Shown one piece after another: positions 50,782 through 58,860 of a stretch of 64,000 nucleotides of DNA; position 1 is the first letter of the stretch, and each line of letters begins with the position of its first letter. The DNA lies in IMG/VR virus record IMGVR_UViG_3300032299_001203, positions 32,001 to 96,000 of that record; one strand, written 5' to 3'. Made by a program: the position numbers and the translations under genes. The notes under the pieces were generated by a model. The model made no database searches. It was not told where the DNA came from and was given only the letters and a program-made list of their open reading frames with translations. This stretch comes from a virus.

Positions 50782-52476
50782 ATGGCAGCTAATAAATTCT
50801 CTCTTTTTGGTTTCACAATCGCACGGGATAAAGCCGAGAGTGATCAGTCGGCGCAACAATCTTTTACATCACCGGCTAATGAGGATGGTGCATTAACAAT
50901 ACAATCGGCCGCTTATTATGGAACTTATGTTGATCTGGATGGTACAGCAAAAAATGAAGTAGAGTTGATTTCTCGTTATAGAGAAATGGCTATGCAACCA
51001 GAAATAGAATCGGCTATTGATGATATTGTAAACGAAGCTATTGTAAAAGATGATGATGGTCAAGTTACCAATATTGTTTTGGATAATTTGAACCAACCAG
51101 ATAAAATTAAAAAGGCGATTAAAGAAGAATTTCAAAATATTTTAAGAATATTAAATTATAATAATATGGCTCAAGATATTTTTCGCCGGTATTATATTGA
51201 TGGTAGATTGTTTTATAATATTATTATCGATAAAGAGAATCCAGTTGCAGGTATTAAAGAACTACGGTACATTGATCCACGTAAATTGAGAAAAGTACGT
51301 GAATTAAAAAAACAAAAAGATGATAAAACTGGTGCAGAAGTTGTGAATGTGGCCAATGAGTATTACATTTTTAACGACAAAGTGGTTACCGGCAGTTCTA
51401 CTAATTATGGTCCTATTGGTGTACGAATTACAACTGATTCTATTATATCTGTTGTTTCTGGTTTAATGGATTCTCGCCGTGCTGTGGTATTATCTTACTT
51501 ACACAAGGCGATTAAGCCACTTAATCAGTTAAGAATGATAGAAGATGCGACAGTTATCTATCGTATCTCACGTGCACCAGAGCGCCGTATATTTTATATT
51601 GACGTAGGTAATTTGCCTAAATTAAAAGCAGAACAGTATCTTCGTGATATTATGGTCAAATATAAAAACAAACTTGTGTATGATGCCAACACAGGTGAAG
51701 TTCGTGATGACCGTAAATTCTTATCTATGATGGAAGATTTTTGGTTGCCACGCCGTGAAGGTGGTAAAGGCACAGAGATTACAACATTACCTGGTGGACA
51801 AAACTTGGGTGAGTTGGAAGATGTAAAATATTTTCAAAAGAAATTGTATCAATCGTTAAGTGTTCCTATTTCTCGATTAGAACCTAATCAAGGTTTTTCA
51901 ATTGGTCGAGTTGCAGAAGTTACACGAGATGAATTAAAGTTTGCTAAATTTGTTGATAGAGTTCGTAATAAGTTTTCAGATATTTTTGATCAAGCTTTAC
52001 GTGTGCAATGCGTATTAAAAGGCATTTGTACCAATGAAGAATGGTCTTTATTTAAAGAAAACATTCATTATGATTTTATTAAAGATAACAACTTTAGTGA
52101 ATTAAAAGAAGCTGAGTTAATGACCAACAGATTACAGTTGTTGAGTTCTGTTGATCCCTATACAGGTCGGTATTTTTCTCAGGCATGGATACAACGAAAT
52201 GTATTGCGTTTAAATGATGATGAAATTAAACGTATGCAAGAAGAAATTGATGAAGAAAAAGAAGCTGGTCTTGGATTGCCTGTTGGTGTTATGAATGACG
52301 TAGCACAACAAACTATGATGTCACAGGTGCCTGCTCAACCACAAAATCCAGATGACCAAGAACATCAAATGGATATGCAACAACAAGCAGCTGATCAAGC
52401 AATGCAACAAGCAAAAGCGGCTTCTAAAGTTAAAGAGTCTACCGGAACATTTGGTAAATTAAAACAAATGCTATAA
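50782..52476 (+). CDS. gp20: Portal protein gp20
   Basis: YREMAMQPEIESAIDDIVNEAI, LSYLHKAIKPLNQLRMIEDA.VIYRISRAPERRIFYIDVGNLPK, EDFWLPRREGGKGTEITTLPGGQNLG. Confidence 0.98.
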   Translation: MAANKFSLFGFTIARDKAESDQSAQQSFTSPANEDGALTIQSAAYYGTYVDLDGTAKNEVELISRYREMAMQPEIESAIDDIVNEAIVKDDDGQVTNIVLDNLNQPDKIKKAIKEEFQNILRILNYNNMAQDIFRRYYIDGRLFYNIIIDKENPVAGIKELRYIDPRKLRKVRELKKQKDDKTGAEVVNVANEYYIFNDKVVTGSSTNYGPIGVRITTDSIISVVSGLMDSRRAVVLSYLHKAIKPLNQLRMIEDATVIYRISRAPERRIFYIDVGNLPKLKAEQYLRDIMVKYKNKLVYDANTGEVRDDRKFLSMMEDFWLPRREGGKGTEITTLPGGQNLGELEDVKYFQKKLYQSLSVPISRLEPNQGFSIGRVAEVTRDELKFAKFVDRVRNKFSDIFDQALRVQCVLKGICTNEEWSLFKENIHYDFIKDNNFSELKEAELMTNRLQLLSSVDPYTGRYFSQAWIQRNVLRLNDDEIKRMQEEIDEEKEAGLGLPVGVMNDVAQQTMMSQVPAQPQNPDDQEHQMDMQQQAADQAMQQAKAASKVKESTGTFGKLKQML

Positions 52477-52479
52477 ATA
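52472..52479 (+). promoter_or_regulatory. T4 late promoter (TATAAATA)
   Basis: Perfect consensus overlapping the gp20 stop. Confidence 0.7.
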
Positions 52480-52497
52480 TTTTGAATGGAGATAATA

Positions 52498-52737
52498 ATG
52501 GAAAATACAAGAGCAATTATTGATTACGCTTTTGACGACAATGCAAAAGATATGCGTGATGCACTTTATAGTGACATACAAGATAGAGTAATGGCACATT
52601 TGGATGCTCAAAAGCAACAAATTGCACAAAACATATTAAGTCCGGCTGAAGATCCGTTGGCCACGGCACAAGATGTGGCGGTAGAACCGGCAGAAGAACA
52701 AGACCAAGAACAGGAACAAGAGAGTGAAAACACTTAA
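52498..52737 (+). CDS. Small acidic prohead core protein (gp67-like position)
   Basis: Directly after the portal gene; acidic tail; ATG 52498 has RBS ggag at suitable spacing. Confidence 0.65.
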   Translation: MENTRAIIDYAFDDNAKDMRDALYSDIQDRVMAHLDAQKQQIAQNILSPAEDPLATAQDVAVEPAEEQDQEQEQESENT

Positions 52738-52945
52738 AGAGTTTTGCAACCTCTACGAAAAAAAGAATAAGGCTGAGCAAGATCCGCCAAATATTCTAAT
52801 AATGAAACGACAATCCATTAGGTTGTTTCCTAATGGCCAAAAAGTAGCATTGTATTATGTGGATAAAATTAATAAATATGTGACCATACCATACGAATCT
52901 ATGACATGGTCCTCTTCCATACCAGAAGAATTTAAACAGGAATAA
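52724..52945 (+). CDS. Small head-associated protein, candidate internal protein
   Basis: GTG start; N-terminus MKTLKEF resembles T4 capsid-targeting sequences. Confidence 0.65.
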   Translation: MKTLKEFCNLYEKKNKAEQDPPNILIMKRQSIRLFPNGQKVALYYVDKINKYVTIPYESMTWSSSIPEEFKQE

Positions 52946-52948
52946 AAA

Positions 52949-53473
52949 ATGCCAAACTCATTTACATATCAGGTTATTAAAGATACTACAGAAACGGCCG
53001 TAATTAAAATTACTGGTAATTTTGATGGTTCAGGACAAGAAGATAATTCTGCACGGATTACAGCAAACTCATTGTATGGAGCTTTAGATGCAAATAATGT
53101 TCCGTTAGGTTCAAGTTTAAGTCAAAGTAATACGGCAAAACCATTTTATGGACTATCCGTGAATCGTTTGTGGTATACTATTCCTTCAGGAACATTGGTT
53201 CAGTTGTATTGGACTGCATCGACCAATGCACCTATATGTAATCTTGTTGCTAGTGGTGAGTTTGATGGAACATCACAATGGGCTACCATTCAAAACAACG
53301 CACAAGGAACTGCAGGTTGCAACGGAAATATTGGCATCTCAACAAAAGGAATGGGAGCCAACAGTGCTTATACAATTATGTTAGATGTGCGTAAACATAA
53401 CGAATATTACCAGCGTGGTCAGTTTAATGATCCTGCTGCATTCAATTATGGCGATTACTCAATAGATCCGTAA
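52949..53473 (+). CDS. Conserved beta-rich hypothetical virion protein
   Basis: 174 aa, RBS agga; QVIKDT...AVIKITG..DG.GQE...RLWY...NNA....GNI...T......YTIMLDVRK. Confidence 0.7.
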   Translation: MPNSFTYQVIKDTTETAVIKITGNFDGSGQEDNSARITANSLYGALDANNVPLGSSLSQSNTAKPFYGLSVNRLWYTIPSGTLVQLYWTASTNAPICNLVASGEFDGTSQWATIQNNAQGTAGCNGNIGISTKGMGANSAYTIMLDVRKHNEYYQRGQFNDPAAFNYGDYSIDP

Positions 53474-53865
53474 TGAAAGATTTTGTTACCAAATTATTGT
53501 CTGGTAATTTAATAGAGGCAAAAGAATTATTAGATAAACGTATTGAAGAATTGATTAATGAAAAATTTAACCAAATTCAGGAACGTTTGGCTAATGAAAT
53601 AGCTGAAGGTAATATACAAAAAATAGGAAGAACAAGCCTTGTTCGTATACGATTCCGTAAAGGAAAAATTCAACGAAGGGTTAAGAAGTCGGCGGTATCG
53701 GGTTTCACGATTCGTGGTGGTCGTTTAGTAAGAATGTCACCACAAGAACGTAGGCGGAGATCAATGGCTGCCAGACGTTCTAAGTTTAAACGAAAAAGTA
53801 AATTAAGACAGTCGTTAAGAAAACGGCAAATATCTTTAAGAAAACGAAAGGCAATGGGACTATAA
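53473..53865 (+). CDS. Basic prohead core protein (gp68-like position)
   Basis: Immediately precedes gp21 with TAATG overlaps; extremely R/K-rich C-terminal half. Confidence 0.7.
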   Translation: MKDFVTKLLSGNLIEAKELLDKRIEELINEKFNQIQERLANEIAEGNIQKIGRTSLVRIRFRKGKIQRRVKKSAVSGFTIRGGRLVRMSPQERRRRSMAARRSKFKRKSKLRQSLRKRQISLRKRKAMGL

Positions 53866-54509
53866 TGAAGTTAATTACAGAAGTCACCGAAACATTACAA
53901 TATCTTGCTGAAGATAAAGACGGCAAAAAAACTTTGTTTATCGAAGGTCCATTTCTTCAAGCAGAAGTGGTAAACCGTAATGGTCGTAAATATCTGAAAG
54001 AGACCATGGCCAAAGAAGTACAAAGATATACAGAAAATTACATTAATAAAAATCGTGCCTTTGGTGAGCTGGGTCATCCAGACACACCATCTATCAATCT
54101 CGACAGAGTTTCACACATGGTTGTGGGTCTCCGTCAAGAAGGTAATGATTGGATTGGCAAAGCAAAGATTCTTGACACCCCTATGGGTAACATTGTTAAG
54201 AGCCTAATCGAAGGTGGCGCACAAATTGGTGTGTCGTCCCGTGGTATGGGTTCTCTTAAAAATGTTAATGGTGTTAACATAGTTCAAGATGATTTTCATC
54301 TAGCCACAGCGGCGGATATTGTAGCAGACCCTTCTGCTCCAAATGCTTTCGTTCAAGGTATTATGGAAGGCAAAGAGTGGGTATTAGTCAACGGTGTATG
54401 GACCGAACAGCAATTCTCTGAAGCCAAACAGGCAATTAAAAAGGCCTCGCAAAGGGAAATTGAGGAAGTGAGTCTACGCATTTGGGAATCACTCGTAAAA
54501 AAACTTTAA
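53865..54509 (+). CDS. gp21: Prohead protease gp21
   Basis: IEGPFLQAEVVNRNGRKY, AFGELGHP, LDRVSH, ILDTPMG, GVSSRGMGSL, DIVADPSAP.AFV.GIME. Confidence 0.97.
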   Translation: MKLITEVTETLQYLAEDKDGKKTLFIEGPFLQAEVVNRNGRKYLKETMAKEVQRYTENYINKNRAFGELGHPDTPSINLDRVSHMVVGLRQEGNDWIGKAKILDTPMGNIVKSLIEGGAQIGVSSRGMGSLKNVNGVNIVQDDFHLATAADIVADPSAPNAFVQGIMEGKEWVLVNGVWTEQQFSEAKQAIKKASQREIEEVSLRIWESLVKKL

Positions 54510-54510
54510 A

Positions 54511-54518
54511 TATAAATA
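54511..54518 (+). promoter_or_regulatory. T4 late promoter (TATAAATA) for gp22-gp23
   Basis: Perfect consensus, intergenic. Confidence 0.75.
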
Positions 54519-54546
54519 TCCAATATAAATCAAGGAGATTTTCAAA

Positions 54547-55734
54547 ATGGGAAAATTTAATCTGTCCGAAGCCGCTAAAGAGATTCTTGCTGGTACTGTA
54601 TCAAGCAAAAAATCTGGCCAAGATAAATCACAAAAATTAACTGGCGATGTAGCCTATGGTACCAAAGAAGTTGGTGACATTGGTACAGAAATTACCAAAA
54701 CAACCGATTCTGGTCCTGATGCATACAAAGGAGCACCTACAGCAACCGCACCTGGTGCAACACCTCCTGTAGGTTCTGAGCCAGCCAAGAAACTCAAAGG
54801 TCAGCCTGCTGAGCAAGGTTCTGTTGAGCATCCAGAAGGCAAAACTGGCAAAAACCAAATGCCTTTAAATAAAGGTTCTGTTGGTGTTCAGCAATACGAA
54901 GAAACTGAAGATGATGACGAAGTTATCGTTGAAGCAGAAAAAGAAGGCCACGAAGATGAGAAAGAAGATAAAGCCATGATTAAAAAAATGCTCAAAAAAG
55001 AAAAAATGAAGGAAGATATTGACGCCTTAATTTCTGGCGAAAATCTTTCCGAAGAATTTATCACTAAGGCAACAACAATTTTTGAAGCAGCAGTTATTGC
55101 TCGTGCTGAAGAAGTTATTGCTGAAGCCGAAGAAGCTTTAACAGAACAATTCGAAGCCGCCATCGAAGAAATTAAAGAAGAAATGGCCACCAAAGTTGAT
55201 GATTACCTCAACTACATGGTTGAAGAATGGGTTAAAGATAATGAAATCGCCATCGAAAAAGGTCTCCGTGCCGAAATCGTTGAAGATTTTATTTCCGGTT
55301 TAAAAGATTTATTTGAAGATCATTACATTGACATTCCGGAAGAAAAAGTGGATGTTGTTGAAGAGCTTACCGCTAAAGTTGAAGAACTTGAAGAAGCTTA
55401 CAATGAGCAAATCAAATCTGCTATTGAGTTGAAAAAAGAACTCAATGAGCACAAAAAGTTTGAGGCTATTTACGCAGCGTGTGAAGGCCTAACGCAGACC
55501 CAAGTAGAAAAAATGAAATCACTCGCAGAGAGTATTGAGTTTACTACTGAGGAAGAATTTACAGAAAAAATGGAAACATTGAAAGAATCATATTTCAAAA
55601 ATCCAGTAGTTTCTGCTGATAGTTCTGCTTTGGATGATGAAGTCCAAATTGAAGAAGAAAAGAAGGTTGTAAAATCTTCCGATCCTTTAATGGAAGTTTA
55701 CTCGAAAGCAATTTCACAAACTGTAAACAAATAA
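54547..55734 (+). CDS. gp22: Prohead scaffold protein gp22
   Basis: Acidic coiled coil; LSEEF..KATTIFEAAV, KVDDYLNYMVEEW..DNEIAIEKGLR.EI.EDFI.GLK.LF..HYIDIPEEK, LKESYF. Confidence 0.93.
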   Translation: MGKFNLSEAAKEILAGTVSSKKSGQDKSQKLTGDVAYGTKEVGDIGTEITKTTDSGPDAYKGAPTATAPGATPPVGSEPAKKLKGQPAEQGSVEHPEGKTGKNQMPLNKGSVGVQQYEETEDDDEVIVEAEKEGHEDEKEDKAMIKKMLKKEKMKEDIDALISGENLSEEFITKATTIFEAAVIARAEEVIAEAEEALTEQFEAAIEEIKEEMATKVDDYLNYMVEEWVKDNEIAIEKGLRAEIVEDFISGLKDLFEDHYIDIPEEKVDVVEELTAKVEELEEAYNEQIKSAIELKKELNEHKKFEAIYAACEGLTQTQVEKMKSLAESIEFTTEEEFTEKMETLKESYFKNPVVSADSSALDDEVQIEEEKKVVKSSDPLMEVYSKAISQTVNK

Positions 55735-55765
55735 TAACAAATATACAAAAAAAGGAAAACAAAAA

Positions 55766-57115
55766 ATGTATATGACCGAAGAACTACAAAAGAAATGGAA
55801 TCCTGTTTTGGAGCACCCAGAACTTGAAGCCATTAAAGACCCATACAAGCGTGCTGTTACAGCTCTTGTTTTGGAAAACCAACAACAAGCTATGTCACAA
55901 GATGCTCAAGTATTGAATGAAACAGCATACGGTACAGGTGGTCCTACCAACGTTACCGGTTCTGGTATCAGCAATTTTGATCCTATCTTGATCAGCTTAG
56001 TTCGCCGTTCATTGCCAAATCTTATCGCTTATGACGTTGCTGGCGTTCAGCCAATGACAGGTCCTACAGGTTTGATTTTTGCAATGCGTGCACGTTACAC
56101 CAACCAATCTCAGACTGAGGCATTCTTCAACGAAGCCAATACAGTATTCTCTGGTGCTTCTTCTGGTGCTAACCCATACGGTTTCCGTGGCACAACAACA
56201 CCTGACAATGACATCGCAACAAATCCTGTAGCAAGCTTTACAGCTAACGCCTTTACAACTGGTATTGGCATGCCAACATCGACAGCTGAAAATCTTGGCG
56301 CTGACTCTGACAGCGTATTTGGCCAAATGGCATTTAGCATTGAGAAAGTTACTGTAACTGCTCAAAGCCGTGCTTTGAAAGCCGAGTACTCTTTAGAACT
56401 CGCACAAGACTTGAAAGCAATCCATGGTCTTGATGCTGAAACAGAATTGTCTAACATTCTGTCTACAGAAATTCTTGCTGAAATCAACCGTGAAGTTATC
56501 CGTACCATTTATTTGTCCGCTGTAACAGGTGCACAATACGGTACAACAACTGCTGGTACATTTGACTTAGACACAGACTCCAACGGTCGTTGGTCTGTTG
56601 AACGTTTCAAAGGCTTGATTTTCCAAATCGAGCGTGATGCAAACGTTATTGCTAAGCAAACTCGCCGTGGTAAAGGTAATGTGTTGATCGTTTCTTCTGA
56701 CGTTGCTTCCGCTATGGCAATGGCTGGTGTATTGCAATATACTCCTGCTCTGTCTGCTGATTTGCAAGTAGATGACACAGGCAATACATTTGCTGGTTTG
56801 TTACATGGCCGTATCAAGGTATACATTGACCCATATTTTGGTGGCTACACAAGCAACCAAGAGTTGGTTACAATTGGTTACAAAGGTACATCGCCTTATG
56901 ACGCAGGTCTGTTCTATTGCCCATACGTTCCTCTCCAAATGGTTCGTGCTGTTGACCAGTTTACATTCCAACCTAAGATTGGTTTCAAAACTCGTTACGG
57001 CATGGTAGCTAACCCATTTGCTAAAGGTGCTTTGGCAAGCGGTGCTGGTACAAACCAGATTACACCAAGAACAAACGTATACTATCGTATATTCAAAGTT
57101 GCAAACTTGATGTAA
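55766..57115 (+). CDS. gp23: Major capsid protein gp23
   Basis: FDPILISLVRRSLPNLIAYDVAGVQPMTGPTGLIFAMR, SRALKAEYSLELAQDLKAIHGLDAETEL, FYCPYVPL, FQPKIGFKTRYG. Confidence 0.99.
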   Translation: MYMTEELQKKWNPVLEHPELEAIKDPYKRAVTALVLENQQQAMSQDAQVLNETAYGTGGPTNVTGSGISNFDPILISLVRRSLPNLIAYDVAGVQPMTGPTGLIFAMRARYTNQSQTEAFFNEANTVFSGASSGANPYGFRGTTTPDNDIATNPVASFTANAFTTGIGMPTSTAENLGADSDSVFGQMAFSIEKVTVTAQSRALKAEYSLELAQDLKAIHGLDAETELSNILSTEILAEINREVIRTIYLSAVTGAQYGTTTAGTFDLDTDSNGRWSVERFKGLIFQIERDANVIAKQTRRGKGNVLIVSSDVASAMAMAGVLQYTPALSADLQVDDTGNTFAGLLHGRIKVYIDPYFGGYTSNQELVTIGYKGTSPYDAGLFYCPYVPLQMVRAVDQFTFQPKIGFKTRYGMVANPFAKGALASGAGTNQITPRTNVYYRIFKVANLM

Positions 57116-57145
57116 TATAAAGTCACCAACAAGAGTGACCTTTAG

Positions 57146-57176
57146 AGAGACCTCCTACCCGGAGGTCTCTTTTTTT
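57146..57176 (+). terminator. Rho-independent terminator after gp23
   Basis: 10-bp stem agagacctcc/ggaggtctct plus a T-run; a small upstream hairpin gtcac/gtgac lies at 57122-57139. Confidence 0.9.
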
Positions 57177-57180
57177 ATGA

Positions 57181-57188
57181 CCTAAATA
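57181..57188 (+). promoter_or_regulatory. Late promoter variant (CCTAAATA) for gp3
   Basis: Between the terminator and the gp3 start, where a new promoter is required. Confidence 0.6.
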
Positions 57189-57193
57189 AACAC

Positions 57194-57730
57194 ATGAACG
57201 TACTAACTAGAACTCCCGAAAATACCAACCTATTACAACCGTCAAAGTATATAATGACCTTTGATCGGATAGGTTCAACACAATACTTCTGCCAATCTGT
57301 AAACTTACCAGGGGTAAGTGTAGGACAAGCTCTAATCAACTTTCCATCGTTAGATGTATATGCACCTGGTAATAAGATTGCTTACAACAATTTCAACATT
57401 GAATTTATTGTTGATGAAGAACTAAAGACATGGCAACACATGTATAACTGGTTTCTTTCTTTTGCTTCTCCTGAAGGCACGGATGACCGAAATTTAAAAA
57501 CCGAGTTACAGAATAATTTTAAACGACAGCAAAAGAAAGAATATTCTGATGCTACATTGACCATACTTTCCGCTTTAAATAACCCTATTTTGCGGATAGA
57601 GTTTACCAATATGTTTCCTGTATCACTATCGGATGTTATATTCGATACCAAATTATCTGCGGATGATATAGTATCTGCTGACGTATCCTTTGTGTATGAA
57701 AGTTTTAAATTTGTACCAATTACGGCTTGA
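57194..57730 (+). CDS. gp3: Tail tube terminator/completion protein gp3
   Basis: N.LQP......R.....YFCQSVNLPG, F.VDEEL..W..MYNW, SDATLTILS..NNP....F...FPVSLS; syntenic after gp23. Confidence 0.88.
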   Translation: MNVLTRTPENTNLLQPSKYIMTFDRIGSTQYFCQSVNLPGVSVGQALINFPSLDVYAPGNKIAYNNFNIEFIVDEELKTWQHMYNWFLSFASPEGTDDRNLKTELQNNFKRQQKKEYSDATLTILSALNNPILRIEFTNMFPVSLSDVIFDTKLSADDIVSADVSFVYESFKFVPITA

Positions 57731-57756
57731 CACGATAACATAGTTTGTGTTATGGT
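57727..57756 (+). promoter_or_regulatory. Host sigma70-type early/middle promoter for the uvsY operon
   Basis: TTGACA (57727-57732), an 18-bp spacer ending TGT, then TATGGT (57751-57756). Confidence 0.55.
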
Positions 57757-57787
57757 GTAGAATTATCGTTATATCATTGAATATATT

Positions 57788-58222
57788 ATGGAAAATCTAG
57801 AACAAATATTAAAGTTGTGGGAAAAAGATACAGAAATTGACCAGACTGAACCTGGTAAAGAACTGTTGAAGATACCAAAATTACACAATCAATATCTCTC
57901 CATACTCACCAAACATAAGATTGCCTCTAAGAAGGCACATTTTGATTATCTCCGTATGCGTAAAATAAAGATCGATTACTATTCTGGTCGTATGGACCAA
58001 GAAGAATTGGATGCGCATGGATGGTCACCCTTTGCGTTTGTTTTGAAATCTGATATCAACGCCTACTTAGAAGGTGATACGGATTTAATTAAAATGTTAG
58101 AGAAGAAAGTATACCATGAAGAATGTGTGTCGGTCATCGAATCTATTATGAATGAACTCAAACAAAGAACTTGGCAACTGAGAGATTTCATCTCTTGGGA
58201 AAAATTTATTGGAGGTCAATAA
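57788..58222 (+). CDS. uvsY: Recombination mediator UvsY
   Basis: W.KD..ID.......L.IP.LH..YL, YYSG, F..VLKSD...YL..D, I......R.WQ....I.W.KF..G. Confidence 0.9.
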   Translation: MENLEQILKLWEKDTEIDQTEPGKELLKIPKLHNQYLSILTKHKIASKKAHFDYLRMRKIKIDYYSGRMDQEELDAHGWSPFAFVLKSDINAYLEGDTDLIKMLEKKVYHEECVSVIESIMNELKQRTWQLRDFISWEKFIGGQ

Positions 58223-58860
58223 TGTCATTTCTCGTTGCCAACATACCACCAGTTCAATGTTTTGTTCGTAAAGAGTTTCTTTATAACCATGAAAAAGGTC
58301 ATGGTGAATTAGAACCTTGTGTATGGATAACTGCCAAGGCTATCAAAGGTCAGGCATTTCGTATTGAGTGTATGTTGACCGATTATGGTGCTTTGTTTGA
58401 TAAACTACCTATCTCTGCATATGTTTGGAAACCTGTAGAAGAATATCTGCCGTTAGATAATCTACAGATATGGGATTGTTTATCATACGACATGGCGGTA
58501 ATTGAGAAATCAAATCTACGAGGACTTAAAGTAAAATACTTTGGCAAAGACCGAGCATTTCATTTTGGAAAATACCTTTTTACAATTGACTTTGCGTCAC
58601 CAGATTTTAATCGTATCGACACGAGTTTTTCAGAAGGTGTGCAAGAACACAAGTCGTATAACTTTATTCAATTGGATAATGGCCAGTTTGCCTGTCAGCC
58701 AAACAATCGTTGCCTATGGTATGATGTATCACTGGTACCTCCTGCAGTTAAAACTCCCGATTTCAAAATACCAACAGAAGTATATTCAGTAGAAAACATA
58801 TCCAAGTGGAGTGTTGGTAATCCCGATTCATGGTTCTATAAGTTTGATGAGAAAGAATGA
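58222..58860 (+). CDS. Conserved hypothetical phage protein
   Basis: Likely start ATG 58222 (MSFLVANIPP) after RBS ggagg, overlapping the uvsY stop; motifs LPISAY, LQIWDC.SY, EHKS, NGQFACQPNNR. Confidence 0.8.
   Translation: MSFLVANIPPVQCFVRKEFLYNHEKGHGELEPCVWITAKAIKGQAFRIECMLTDYGALFDKLPISAYVWKPVEEYLPLDNLQIWDCLSYDMAVIEKSNLRGLKVKYFGKDRAFHFGKYLFTIDFASPDFNRIDTSFSEGVQEHKSYNFIQLDNGQFACQPNNRCLWYDVSLVPPAVKTPDFKIPTEVYSVENISKWSVGNPDSWFYKFDEKE

Noticed and set aside
54637-57741. Minus-strand ORFs of 66-119 aa over gp22, gp23 and gp3 (and similar ones elsewhere)
   Set aside because: They lie antisense to strongly conserved genes, are explained by codon bias, and have no recognisable motifs.
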